This document shows, one piece after another, positions 8,874 through 18,740 of a stretch of 64,000 nucleotides of DNA. Under the pieces are notes generated by a model. It searched no databases and had not been told where the DNA came from. It was given only the letters and a program-made list of their open reading frames with translations. A program made the translations under genes and the position numbers. The first letter of the stretch is position 1, and the number at the start of each line of letters is the position of its first letter. The stretch is from Pelotomaculum sp. UBA1371 (GTDB lineage Bacteria > Bacillota > Desulfotomaculia > Desulfotomaculales > Pelotomaculaceae), in assembly GCA_002305915.1 (NCBI GenBank), contig DBRJ01000063.1:54605-118604 (forward strand), read 5' to 3'.

Positions 8874-9527
8874 TTGATATTAGCTCAGGAGAAGACAGGC
8901 TATTACGGCATGTCCATGGAAAAGCCAGGTCGTAAAAGGGCCATCAGGCTTAAAGATTTAACTAGAGGGCGAAGAATTGCGCTGACCGGGATGGTGCTGG
9001 CAGGCTTTCTGCTCAGCGTGCTGATTATCTATAGCCATTCACAGGTATCCAACCTGGGCTATCAGATCAGCCGTCTGGAGAAGGAACTGGCCCTGCTGCG
9101 GGTGGAAAACCACGACCTGGAAGGAGAAGTGCAGCGCCTGGCGTCACTGGACAGGATAGAACGCATTGCCGTTGAAAGACTTGGCATGGTGAAGCCGGAT
9201 AGCGACAACGTCCTAATTGTAGAACTGGCGGGGAAAAACGTCAAGGAATCCGTAGACATTCCGGAGCAAGGGAATGCTGTTGCTCTTTCCTCCACCGGGG
9301 AAGAAAAACAGAATCGTTTGATCAGAGCTTTTACTGAAATGGTTAACAGGTTGGAGAACAAAACCTGGCTCGGTTTGGGTGGAAGGGCAGGTTCCACGGG
9401 GGGAACTCATGCAGACGACGAATATCGTAATCAGGAAAAGAATAACCGGTCTTTTTCTGTTGGCGACCCTGGCGCTGGTAGGTCTGGTATTCCGTCTGGC
9501 CTGGATCCAGCTGGTTCAAGGGGATAA
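8874..9527 (+). CDS. ftsL: Cell division protein FtsL (septum formation initiator family); 3' end overlaps the PBP gene
   Basis: A single TM segment ('IALTGMVLAGFLLSVLIIY') is followed by a coiled coil ('ISRLEKELALLRVENHDLEGEVQRL') and 'IERIAVERLGMVKP'. The start is uncertain (TTG 8874, ATG 8910 or ATG 8916). The last ~40 codons are low-complexity and overlap the next gene. Confidence 0.7.
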   Translation: MILAQEKTGYYGMSMEKPGRKRAIRLKDLTRGRRIALTGMVLAGFLLSVLIIYSHSQVSNLGYQISRLEKELALLRVENHDLEGEVQRLASLDRIERIAVERLGMVKPDSDNVLIVELAGKNVKESVDIPEQGNAVALSSTGEEKQNRLIRAFTEMVNRLENKTWLGLGGRAGSTGGTHADDEYRNQEKNNRSFSVGDPGAGRSGIPSGLDPAGSRG

Positions 9528-11544
9528 GCTTCGCGAGGAAGCCCAGGAAGTCAGGATGCGGGATGTTCCTGTGGATGCCAGGCGGGGAAATGTGTATGAC
9601 CGCAACGGAAACGAACTGGTTACCAGTATAAGTGTCGACTCGGCCTATGCTTTCCCCCCCCAGGTTGAGAATAAGGAGGAAGCCGCTGCCCGTATTGCCG
9701 AAGCCCTGGGGATGGATAAGGAGGATGTTTATCAAAAGCTCACCCAAAACGTGGGCTTTGTCTGGCTCAAGAGGAGGATTGATTATGAGTCTGCCCAGAA
9801 GCTTAAAGCCCTGAAGCTAAACGGTGTGGAACTGGTAGAAGAAAATAAACGGTTCTATAGTCAGGGGAGCCTGGCGGCCCATGTGCTTGGCTTTGCGGGG
9901 GATGACAATCAGGGCTTGATTGGCATTGAAAGCGTTTACGACAAAGAGTTAAGGGGCAGCCCCGGCCGGATCGTAATTGAAAAAGACGCAGTGGGACGGG
10001 ACATCCCCGAAGCCCTGCACAAATTCATACCGCCGGTCCCGGGTAATAATCTCGTACTGACAATCGACCAGACCATTCAGTATTTTGTAGAAAGGGAACT
10101 GGACAAGATTATTGAGGCTCACAATCCGAAACTGGCTGTTATTATTGTTATGGATCCTAAAACCGGTGAAATACTGGCCATGGGCAACCGTCCCACTTTT
10201 AAGCCTGAGGACTGGCGGCAGTATCCCCAGCAGGTCTGGGACCACAACCCGGGCATCTGGTATAATTACGAACCGGGTTCGACATTTAAAATAATCACAG
10301 CTGCCTCAGCCCTGGAAGAAGGTGCGGTGAGGCTTAACGACACCTTTTATGATCCCGGCTACATCAAGGTGGCCGACCGGACGATCCGGTGCTGGCAAGG
10401 GGGAGGACACGGCTCCCAGACCTTTGTTGAAGTCGCTCAGAACTCCTGCAACCCGGGCTTTATCACCGTAGGGCTGAGACTGGGCACGGAAAAGTTTTAT
10501 AAGTATATCAACGCTTTCGGCTTCGGTCACAAGTCAGGCATCTGCCTGCCGGGCGAAGAAGTGGGCATTCTTATTCCTCAGAAAGAGGCAACTGATTTAG
10601 ACATCGCCACCATGTCCATCGGGCAGTCCATTGCCGTCACCCCGATTCAGCTGATTACGGCTGCCTCAGCGGTGGCTAACGGTGGACTCTTATTAAGGCC
10701 GTCACTGGTTAAAGCCATAACCAGTGAAGACGGAAAAGTACTCCAGGAGTTTAGACCTGAGACTGTTCGCCAGGTCATTTCTCAAAATACCGCTCAGACC
10801 CTGATGGAACTCTTGACAAGTGTAGTGCAGAAAGGTACCGGCAGAAACGCCTTTGTGGATGGTTACGGAGCGGCAGGCAAGACAGGCACGGCCCAGGTAG
10901 TGGGATCCGGAGGATACGCGGAGGGAAAATATGTCGCCTCCTTTATGGGTTACGCCCCGGCGGATGACCCCCGGATCTCAGTGCTCGTGATGGTAGCGGA
11001 ACCCACCGGCTCGAGTTATTTTGGCAGTCAGGTTGCGGCGCCGGTCTTCAAAGCCGTTGCCCAGGACACTTTGCGTTATCTGAAAGTACCGGAAAGACCC
11101 AATCTGGAAAAACCGAAGTATCCCTTTGTATATGACGAACCGGAAGTCAAGCTGGTTGTACCCAATATAGTCAATTATCCAGTGGAGGATGCCAGGAGCG
11201 TTCTGGTGAACAACGGGCTGATTGTACAAATCAGGGGGCAGGGAAATATTGTTTACGAGCAGGTTCCCAAGGGAGGCGCCGAGGTGTCCAGAGGCACCAC
11301 AGTAATTCTCGATTTGAATCAACCGCCGGGAACCGGTGAACAAGGAGAGGTCACTGTTCCTGATTTGAAGGGGCTGACCATCAAAGAAGCCGGAACTATT
11401 CTGGAGAAACTGGGACTACACCTGAGCCCTGTGGGCACCGGCCTTGCTGTCAGGCAGGAGGTGGCGCCGGGTTCAAAAGTTGCGAAGGATACAACTATTA
11501 CTGTGGAGTTCGAACCACCCGATATCCAGGTGCTGCATGACTAG
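9409..11544 (+). CDS. Class B penicillin-binding protein (FtsI/PBP2B/SpoVD type) with two C-terminal PASTA domains
   Basis: It has an N-terminal TM anchor, the transpeptidase motifs 'STFK', 'SCN' and 'KTGTA', and two PASTA-like repeats ('VPNIVNYPVEDARSVL...' and 'VPDLKGLTIKEAGTILE...'). The start is taken at ATG 9409 (MQTTNIV...); GTG 9379 is also possible. Confidence 0.9.
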   Translation: MQTTNIVIRKRITGLFLLATLALVGLVFRLAWIQLVQGDKLREEAQEVRMRDVPVDARRGNVYDRNGNELVTSISVDSAYAFPPQVENKEEAAARIAEALGMDKEDVYQKLTQNVGFVWLKRRIDYESAQKLKALKLNGVELVEENKRFYSQGSLAAHVLGFAGDDNQGLIGIESVYDKELRGSPGRIVIEKDAVGRDIPEALHKFIPPVPGNNLVLTIDQTIQYFVERELDKIIEAHNPKLAVIIVMDPKTGEILAMGNRPTFKPEDWRQYPQQVWDHNPGIWYNYEPGSTFKIITAASALEEGAVRLNDTFYDPGYIKVADRTIRCWQGGGHGSQTFVEVAQNSCNPGFITVGLRLGTEKFYKYINAFGFGHKSGICLPGEEVGILIPQKEATDLDIATMSIGQSIAVTPIQLITAASAVANGGLLLRPSLVKAITSEDGKVLQEFRPETVRQVISQNTAQTLMELLTSVVQKGTGRNAFVDGYGAAGKTGTAQVVGSGGYAEGKYVASFMGYAPADDPRISVLVMVAEPTGSSYFGSQVAAPVFKAVAQDTLRYLKVPERPNLEKPKYPFVYDEPEVKLVVPNIVNYPVEDARSVLVNNGLIVQIRGQGNIVYEQVPKGGAEVSRGTTVILDLNQPPGTGEQGEVTVPDLKGLTIKEAGTILEKLGLHLSPVGTGLAVRQEVAPGSKVAKDTTITVEFEPPDIQVLHD

Positions 11545-11806
11545 CTCAATGTTTCCCGCAAGTGGTAGCGTTTTGTGTTACAAGGAAGGATGAAAATCTT
11601 TTCACCGGCCATGGGGGATCACAATGTGTTTCAGAACAGACCCGGGTAAGGTTTCTTTCTTCTTAATGCGGAGAAAGCAGTGCTCACATCTTATTACTAA
11701 CACTGAATGTAGCAGGAGAATTGATTCCTGTTACCGAAAGGCGTTTTGGAATAATTTAACTCGTTTAATGGAAATAATAGTAAGTGCCATGGGCATTCAT
11801 TTATTT

Positions 11807-11835
11807 TTGACAATATCCAGGTTCCAGTACAAAAT
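11807..11835 (+). promoter_or_regulatory. Candidate internal sigma-A promoter ahead of murE
   Basis: TTGACA (11807-11812), a 17-nt spacer, then CAAAAT (11830-11835), within a 370-nt AT-rich gap. Confidence 0.3.
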
Positions 11836-11914
11836 AAAGGCGTCATTTGGGCATGCCGTTTGTTCAGGCAGATCCGGACCAGATGGTTCTATGTAAACGG
11901 GAGGTTTTTCAGGA

Positions 11915-13396
11915 GTGATTTTTCGAGAGCTTCTGGAGGCTGTGGAAGTCCTCTCCACAGGGGGGGATCCGAACGTAGCCATAACGGGAATTACATACGA
12001 TTCGCGCCAGGTTCAACCGGGTTTTTTATTTGTTGCGGTAAAGGGCTTTAAGTCTGACGGGCACGACTATATTCAAGAGTCCCTGGCCCTGGGGGCTGCT
12101 GCAGTGGTGGTGGAGCGCAGGGTCGGGTTTTTGCCGGGTGTGTCCTGGGCTGTGGTGCCTGATACCAGGCAGGCTCTGGCGCTTCTTTCCGCCCGCTTTT
12201 TCGGCGACCCTTCAGCCAGGCTGAAAATGATCGGGGTCACCGGGACCAACGGTAAAACCACCACTACAAACTTAATAGCGTCCATCTTAAATTATGCCGG
12301 TTTGAAGGTTGGCCTGATCGGCACCATCCACAACAGAATTGGGGACAGGATTTTACCGGTTAAGCATACAACTCCGGAGTCAACTGATCTGCAGGCCCTG
12401 CTGAAGGAGATGGCCGCGGAAGGCGTAGACGCCTGCATTATGGAGGTTTCATCCCATGCCCTGGCCTTGCACCGGGTGGACGGGTGCGAATTTGATCTGG
12501 CTGTATTTACAAATCTTACCCAGGACCATCTGGACTTTCACAGGGATATGGAAGAATACCGGGATGTTAAGAAGAGGCTCTTCAGCAGCCTCTCGCGGTC
12601 CGTTGTGAAAACTCAAAAATATGCCGTCCTGAACGCCGATGATCCCAGTGCCATGCATCTTGTTGAGGGCGCCGGGGGCAAGGTTTTTACCTACGGGATA
12701 AAATGTGAGGCGGACGTGAGGGCGCAGGACATCCAGGTGACTGCCAGGGGCGCCTCTTTTACTGTTACAGGCAGGTGGGGCCGCTGTCAGCTTAATTTAA
12801 AGATGACCGGTCTTTTCAATGTTTACAACGCCCTGGCCGCATTTACCGCGGCGGCAGCTCTGGGAGTTCCCGCAGCTGTAATTAAAACTGCGTTGGAGGC
12901 GGCCATGGGGGTGCCGGGGCGATTTGAACTGGTTGACGCAGGCCAGGATTTTGCCGTTGTTGTAGACTATGCCCACACTCCCGACGGTCTGGAGAATATT
13001 TTAAAAACTGCCCGGGAGATAGCCGGGGGGCGTTTAATCACCGTGTTCGGCTGCGGGGGTGACCGTGATCGCACCAAGCGGCCGCAAATGGGCGCCATTG
13101 CTGCCCGTTACAGTGATTTTGCAGTGATTACCTCGGATAATCCACGTACGGAGGAGCCCCTGGCGATCATCCGGGATATTGAACAGGGGTTGAAGTTCGG
13201 CCCATCCGGGGAAAAATACTGCGTGGAGCCGGACAGACGGCAGGCGATCCACCTGGCCATCGGAATGGCCGGGACAGGGGATGTCGTCGTCATAGCGGGC
13301 AAGGGGCACGAGGATTACCAGATTGTCGGAACGCAGAGATTCCCCTTTGACGATCGCCTGGAAGCAGCAGAGGCGCTGAAGAAAAGAGAATCCTGA
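11915..13396 (+). CDS. murE: UDP-N-acetylmuramoyl-L-alanyl-D-glutamate--2,6-diaminopimelate ligase MurE
   Basis: It has the P-loop 'GVTGTNGKTTT' and the 'DNPRTE' motif characteristic of meso-DAP-adding MurE. It starts at a GTG behind GGGAGG. Confidence 0.95.
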   Translation: MIFRELLEAVEVLSTGGDPNVAITGITYDSRQVQPGFLFVAVKGFKSDGHDYIQESLALGAAAVVVERRVGFLPGVSWAVVPDTRQALALLSARFFGDPSARLKMIGVTGTNGKTTTTNLIASILNYAGLKVGLIGTIHNRIGDRILPVKHTTPESTDLQALLKEMAAEGVDACIMEVSSHALALHRVDGCEFDLAVFTNLTQDHLDFHRDMEEYRDVKKRLFSSLSRSVVKTQKYAVLNADDPSAMHLVEGAGGKVFTYGIKCEADVRAQDIQVTARGASFTVTGRWGRCQLNLKMTGLFNVYNALAAFTAAAALGVPAAVIKTALEAAMGVPGRFELVDAGQDFAVVVDYAHTPDGLENILKTAREIAGGRLITVFGCGGDRDRTKRPQMGAIAARYSDFAVITSDNPRTEEPLAIIRDIEQGLKFGPSGEKYCVEPDRRQAIHLAIGMAGTGDVVVIAGKGHEDYQIVGTQRFPFDDRLEAAEALKKRES

Positions 13397-13502
13397 TCAT
13401 AAAAGTTAAGCCCCGGGGATTAGAACTGCGTCAGCGGGCTAACCTTTAAGAGGGGTGTTTTCCGGCCCCTTTGGTGCGGCCGGGCTTGAAACGGAGGTTG
13501 TT

Positions 13503-14906
13503 ATGAAAGCAGTTGCCATCGGTAAAATAGCAGAGGTTACCGGCGGGCTGATTATCCAGGGGGATCCCGGCATAACCTTGCGTTCGGTATCAACCGATAC
13601 CCGTAGAATTAAGAAAGGCGACCTTTTTTTTGCTTTGTCCGGGGAGCACTACGATGCCCATGATTATCTGGCCGAGGCTGCTGCAGCCGGTTCCGGCGGG
13701 CTGGTGATCAGCCGCCTGGTTTCCCTGCCTGCCGGAATCCCGGTTCTTCTGGTAGATGATACCCTGGCGGCGCTGCAGGCCCTGGCCGCTTATAACCGGG
13801 ACTGTTTTAAGGGTCCTGTGGTGGGTATTACCGGCAGTACCGGGAAAACCACCACCAAGGATATGGTGGCGTCAGTCCTGGGTGTGCGCCTGCGCACTCT
13901 GAAAACTGAAGGCAATCTCAATAACGAAATTGGTCTTCCGCTGACCCTGCTGGCCCTGGACGACAGTGTTGAGGCTGCCGTGGTGGAAATGGCCATGCGG
14001 GGTCCCGGGGAAATTGCTGCCTTAAGCCGGATTGCCAGGCCGGAGGGGGCCGTTATTACCAGTATTAACGAGACCCACCTCGAACGGCTGGGGACAGTGA
14101 GCGAAATTGCGGCAGCAAAGGGTGAATTACTGGAACACATTTTGCCGGGAGGATTCGCGCTCTTGAACGTGGAGAGCCCCTTTATCAAACGTGAGGCGAA
14201 ACGCTGCCTGGGTAAAGTCATTTTTTACGGTATGAATAAGCCTGCCGGACTGATGGCTCAGGATCTCCGGCCGGAGCGCGAAGGCTTCAGCTTCAACGCA
14301 GTTTTGGAGGGGGAGCGTCATGCGTTTTACCTGCCGGTGCCCGGCCGGCATAATGTTTTGAACGCCCTGGCGGCAATCGGTGTCGGGTGGGAACTGGGCC
14401 TGACCATGGAGGAAATTGCTGCGGGGCTGGCAGCGGTATCCCTGACCGGCATGCGTCTGGAAATCCTTGAAGCCGGAGGGCTGACAATTATTAATGACGC
14501 CTATAACGCCAGCCCTGCCTCAACAAGGGCTGCTCTCGAGGTACTGAAAGACATATCCGGCGGCCGGCGGCGTGCCATTGCCGTACTGGGCAACATGCTG
14601 GAACTAGGTCCCCGTGCTGTAGAAATTCACAGAGAAATAGGAAAGAAGGCAGTGGGACCGGGTCTGGATTATTTGATTACTGTTGGTAATCTGGCCGCCG
14701 CTGCGGCAGAGGGCGCAGTGCAGGCCGGGATGACCTGGGATAGGGTCTTCCCCTGTACGGAACATGCTGTGGCTTTAAAAATTCTCAAAGGTCTGCTGTT
14801 GAGTGGGGACGTGGTCCTGATCAAGGGTTCCAGGGGGATGAAAATGGAAACAATCGTCCAAGAACTCTTGAAGTTTGAAGGCAGTAAGACCGTTTTTCAT
14901 CCATAA
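13503..14906 (+). CDS. murF: UDP-N-acetylmuramoyl-tripeptide--D-alanyl-D-alanine ligase MurF
   Basis: 'GITGSTGKTTTK' is present and the length and order fit a Mur ligase. The start is moved to ATG 13503, behind GGAGG. Confidence 0.95.
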   Translation: MKAVAIGKIAEVTGGLIIQGDPGITLRSVSTDTRRIKKGDLFFALSGEHYDAHDYLAEAAAAGSGGLVISRLVSLPAGIPVLLVDDTLAALQALAAYNRDCFKGPVVGITGSTGKTTTKDMVASVLGVRLRTLKTEGNLNNEIGLPLTLLALDDSVEAAVVEMAMRGPGEIAALSRIARPEGAVITSINETHLERLGTVSEIAAAKGELLEHILPGGFALLNVESPFIKREAKRCLGKVIFYGMNKPAGLMAQDLRPEREGFSFNAVLEGERHAFYLPVPGRHNVLNALAAIGVGWELGLTMEEIAAGLAAVSLTGMRLEILEAGGLTIINDAYNASPASTRAALEVLKDISGGRRRAIAVLGNMLELGPRAVEIHREIGKKAVGPGLDYLITVGNLAAAAAEGAVQAGMTWDRVFPCTEHAVALKILKGLLLSGDVVLIKGSRGMKMETIVQELLKFEGSKTVFHP

Positions 14907-14926
14907 ATAAAGATCTGGAGGCAGCC

Positions 14927-15997
14927 ATGAACAACTGGGGGAAGGCATCAATGGCCGTCCTGTTTATTTTTTTAGTTGCGGGCGGACTTCTGTTTCTTTC
15001 ACACACCGGAGCTGTAAGTAATTCTTTATGGCAGGCTTTTGTCATAGCCCTTGCTGTGTCCCTGCTGCTGGGTCCGCTGGTTATTCCCTGGCTCAAAAGG
15101 CTGAAATTCGGACAGAATGTCCGTTCGGACGGTCCGTCCAGACACCTGCAGAAGGCCGGCACACCTACCATGGGCGGGCTTATCTTTTTGACGGGGATCC
15201 TGGCGGCCGGATTGCTCACCGGCCGGGGCCAGCCCGACCTGCTGGTTGTGCTGATCATAGTTGTGGGATTTGGATTTATCGGTTTTTTGGATGACTATAT
15301 TAAAGTTGTCCTGAAGCGTTCCCTGGGTCTGAGAGCCCGGGAGAAACTGCTGGGACAGGTCCTTCTAGCAGCCGGACTGGCTTTTTGGGCTGTATTTACT
15401 GCAGACCGGGGCACCGCCCTGACCTTGCCTTTTTCCGGCTTTCTAACGCCGGGGGGGATTCAACTGGATCTGGGCTGGTGGCCTTTTCTAATCTTCACAG
15501 TTCTTGTTGTCGTGGGCTTCAGCAATGCTGTCAACCTGACAGACGGACTGGACGGATTGGCGGCAGGTGTCAGCATACTGGCTGCCCTGGCTATGATCCC
15601 GGTGGCCCTGGCTGTGGACAAAACCGGCGTGGCGGTAAGCATGGCGGCGTTGTGCGGCGCCTGCACGGGTTTTTTGTTTTATAACCGTCACCCCGCCCGG
15701 GTGTTTATGGGTGATACGGGCTCCCTGGCCCTCGGAGGGGGGCTGGGGGCTGCCGCCGTGATTACCGGAAGGGAGCTGGTTCTGGTAATCATCGGAGGGA
15801 TCTTTGTAATCGAGGCTCTGTCCGTAATAATCCAGGTAATCTCTTTCCAGACCACGGGCCGCCGGGTGTTCCGGATGAGCCCCCTGCACCACCACTTTGA
15901 ACTGGGCGGCTGGGAAGAAAACCGGGTTGTCCTTACTTTCTGGGCTGTCACCCTACTCCTGGCCGCCCTTGGCCTGGCCGGGTTGTACGGTTTATAA
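14927..15997 (+). CDS. mraY: Phospho-N-acetylmuramoyl-pentapeptide transferase MraY
   Basis: It is polytopic, with 'PTMGG', 'DDYIKV', 'NAVNLTDGLDGLA' and 'MGDTGSLALGG' motifs. Confidence 0.95.
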   Translation: MNNWGKASMAVLFIFLVAGGLLFLSHTGAVSNSLWQAFVIALAVSLLLGPLVIPWLKRLKFGQNVRSDGPSRHLQKAGTPTMGGLIFLTGILAAGLLTGRGQPDLLVVLIIVVGFGFIGFLDDYIKVVLKRSLGLRAREKLLGQVLLAAGLAFWAVFTADRGTALTLPFSGFLTPGGIQLDLGWWPFLIFTVLVVVGFSNAVNLTDGLDGLAAGVSILAALAMIPVALAVDKTGVAVSMAALCGACTGFLFYNRHPARVFMGDTGSLALGGGLGAAAVITGRELVLVIIGGIFVIEALSVIIQVISFQTTGRRVFRMSPLHHHFELGGWEENRVVLTFWAVTLLLAALGLAGLYGL

Positions 15998-16200
15998 GGC
16001 GCATTTTTCTTTTAGACGGTCTTAATAAGCCCGAAATCTTTGCGCAGGACTAATCAGCTCCCTTTACCGGCGGCCGGACTTACTGGGTGTGCGTTATGCG
16101 GCAGGATTAGCCCTTTGCACTTCAAAATATGCTAGTCTTTTTGTATGGGTTATTGAATAAATAATGAGAAGGCGTGTCCTTTTCGGAAAGGTGTAGCTTG

Positions 16201-17559
16201 ATGAACCTCAAAGGTAAGAAGGTTTTGGTCATCGGTGCCGGAAAAAGCGGTGTGGCTGTTTCCCGTTTCCTTTGCGGCAAAGGTGCTGCAGTAGTTCTTG
16301 CTGACGCCGGCCGTCCCGGGGATCCCCGTGGTGAACTGGAACAGCTGTCTGCTGCCGGAGTTCAGATACTGTCCGGAGGTTATCCCGGGGTGGAGCGCGG
16401 CAGCTTTGATCTGGTTGTGCTGAGTCCCGGCGTACCCCTGACCGAAAAGCCCGCCAGAGATGCACTAAAACACGGCATACCTGTTACAGGTGAGCTTGAA
16501 CTTGCTTATCGTTTCGCCAGGGCGCCGATTGTTGCCGTTACGGGAACGAACGGAAAAACCACCACCACCACGCTGATTGGCGAAATATTCAAGAACGCCG
16601 GCAAAAATGTGCTGGTGGGGGGCAATATCGGAAGGCCCCTGGTGACCGAAGTGGAGCGGTTTGGAACCGGTGACCTGATTGTGGCCGAAGTATCCAGCTT
16701 TCAACTGGAAACTGCGACTACTTTTAAGCCCAAAGTAGGTGTCATCCTGAATATTACCCCGGACCACCTGGACCGGCACGGCACCATGGAAAACTACACT
16801 GCGGCCAAATTAAAAATAGTTGCAGGGCAGGAGCCGGGTGATTATGCCGTCCTGAATTACGATGACGCCGCCACGGCCGCTCTTGGAAAAGGACTCAGGG
16901 GCAAGGTTTTCTATTTTAGCCGGCAGGCTGCCCTGGCGGAGGGTGTATTTGTCCGGGAAGGGAAAATAATTGCCGGGTTTGGCCGGCTCGAAGAAATCAT
17001 TTGCAGGGTCAATGAACTGGGTATTCCCGGGGCGCATAATTTAGAGAACGCTCTGGCTGCTGTTGCCGCCGCGAAGGTGATGGGAGTGGAGAGCGGTGTA
17101 CTGGCTGATACTCTGCGGAAATTTAAAGGAGTCAGCCACCGGCTGGAATTTGTGGCCGAAATCAACGGAGTGCGTTATATCAACGACTCCAAGGGCACCA
17201 ACCCGGATGCTTCCATTAAAGCGCTGGAAGCCTATGAGGAACCGGTTGTACTCATTGCCGGCGGTAAGAACAAGGGTAGTGATTTTAGTCACTTTGCCGG
17301 GAAGGTGAAGGAAAAGGCCAGGGCGCTGGTGGTTCTGGGGCAAAGCGCCCGGCTTATCGCTGCTGCCGCCCGGGACAAGGGCTTTGAAAACATTTATTAC
17401 GCAGGCGATTTCCGGGAGGCTGTCCAGTTGGCCCGCCGCTCGGCCCGGCCGGGTGACATTGTACTCCTGTCTCCAGCCTGTGCCAGCTGGGATATGTTTA
17501 AAAGTTATGAAGAGCGCGGGGACCTGTTTAAAGAAATTGTAAAAGGTTTTAAGGATTAG
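16201..17559 (+). CDS. murD: UDP-N-acetylmuramoylalanine--D-glutamate ligase MurD
   Basis: It has the Rossmann N-terminus 'KVLVIGAGKSG' and the P-loop 'VTGTNGKTTTT'. The start is moved to ATG 16201. Confidence 0.95.
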   Translation: MNLKGKKVLVIGAGKSGVAVSRFLCGKGAAVVLADAGRPGDPRGELEQLSAAGVQILSGGYPGVERGSFDLVVLSPGVPLTEKPARDALKHGIPVTGELELAYRFARAPIVAVTGTNGKTTTTTLIGEIFKNAGKNVLVGGNIGRPLVTEVERFGTGDLIVAEVSSFQLETATTFKPKVGVILNITPDHLDRHGTMENYTAAKLKIVAGQEPGDYAVLNYDDAATAALGKGLRGKVFYFSRQAALAEGVFVREGKIIAGFGRLEEIICRVNELGIPGAHNLENALAAVAAAKVMGVESGVLADTLRKFKGVSHRLEFVAEINGVRYINDSKGTNPDASIKALEAYEEPVVLIAGGKNKGSDFSHFAGKVKEKARALVVLGQSARLIAAAARDKGFENIYYAGDFREAVQLARRSARPGDIVLLSPACASWDMFKSYEERGDLFKEIVKGFKD

Positions 17560-17628
17560 AATCTCCGGCAGGAAATTAGCGTCTGAGACCGGCAGAGCCG
17601 GCGTCCGGCGACACGGGGGTGATTGACC

Positions 17629-18732
17629 ATGCGGGTTAAAAGGAATGCTCCGGATTTCGTTCTTTTTTTAACTGTGCTGAGTCTTTTGAGCATCGGTGTG
17701 GTCATGGTATTCAGCGCCAGTGAATACAGTACTTTAATCCATTACAATGATAGTTTTTACTACTTCAAACGGCAGGTGGTCTGGGCATTAATGGGCCTGG
17801 GGGCCATGTTCATCGCCATGAACTATGACTACTGGCGGCTAAAGCAATACGCCCTGCCATTTTTATTTGCCGGCTTTATTTCCCTGATATTGGTTTTAAT
17901 CCCCGGCATCGGTCGGGAAGTACACGAAGCCCGGCGCTGGATCGGCATCGGCCCGATACCTTTCGCACCCGCTGAACTGGTCAAGTTGTCCGTCATAATC
18001 TTTACAGCTTACGGTCTGGCCAGACAAAAAGAAAGGGTTAAACAGTTTTCCAGGGGAGTTTTGCCCTATTTGTTAATTCTTATTCTCTCTTCGGCCTTAA
18101 TTCTCTGCCAGCCGGACCTGGGAACAGCCGTATCCCTAGCCGGAATCATTGTTGTGATGATTTTTGCCGCGGGAGCCAGGTTGTCACATCTGGGAAGCCT
18201 CTGCCTGGCCGGCCTTATTGCCGTGGGGCTGGCTATTTACCTGGAGCCGTACCGGATGCGGCGCTTCCTGGCCTTTCTGGATCCCTGGGCCGATCCCCAG
18301 GACACCGGTTTCCATATTATCCAGGGCCTCTACGCCATTGGTTCCGGCGGGCTGTTCGGTTTGGGCCTGGGCCAGAGCAAACAGAAATTCCTGTATCTCC
18401 CCGAGAATCACACCGACTTCATTTTTGCCATTACAGCTGAAGAACTGGGCTTTATCGGGGCTTCCCTGGTCATTATGCTCTTCATCTTGTTTGTCTGGAG
18501 GGGGCTCAAGATTGCAGTAACTTCCCAGGACCCCTTTGCCAGCCTGCTGGCAACCGGGATCACCGCCTGGGTGGGAGTACAGGCGATTATCAATATCGGT
18601 GTTGTAACCGGGTCCCTTCCGGTTACCGGCATTCCCCTGCCCTTTATCAGCTATGGCGGGACCTCCCTGTTGATAACCATGGTCGGGGTGGGGATCCTGC
18701 TCAATATTTCGAAGTTCTGCAAGACCCGGTAA
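17629..18732 (+). CDS. ftsW: SEDS-family peptidoglycan glycosyltransferase FtsW/SpoVE
   Basis: It is a 10-TM-like protein with 'QPDLGTA', '[10 protein letters not shown]' and '[11 protein letters not shown]' motifs. The start is ATG 17629; TTG 17623 is also possible. Confidence 0.9.
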   Translation: MRVKRNAPDFVLFLTVLSLLSIGVVMVFSASEYSTLIHYNDSFYYFKRQVVWALMGLGAMFIAMNYDYWRLKQYALPFLFAGFISLILVLIPGIGREVHEARRWIGIGPIPFAPAELVKLSVIIFTAYGLARQKERVKQFSRGVLPYLLILILSSALILCQPDLGTAVSLAGIIVVMIFAAGARLSHLGSLCLAGLIAVGLAIYLEPYRMRRFLAFLDPWADPQDTGFHIIQGLYAIGSGGLFGLGLGQSKQKFLYLPENHTDFIFAITAEELGFIGASLVIMLFILFVWRGLKIAVTSQDPFASLLATGITAWVGVQAIINIGVVTGSLPVTGIPLPFISYGGTSLLITMVGVGILLNISKFCKTR

Positions 18733-18740
18733 AAAGAGAG

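Noticed and set aside
11624-11896. 90-aa ORF in the PBP-murE gap
   Set aside because: It has no RBS, atypical composition (Cys/Arg/Phe-rich) and sits in AT-rich DNA. It is treated as non-coding.
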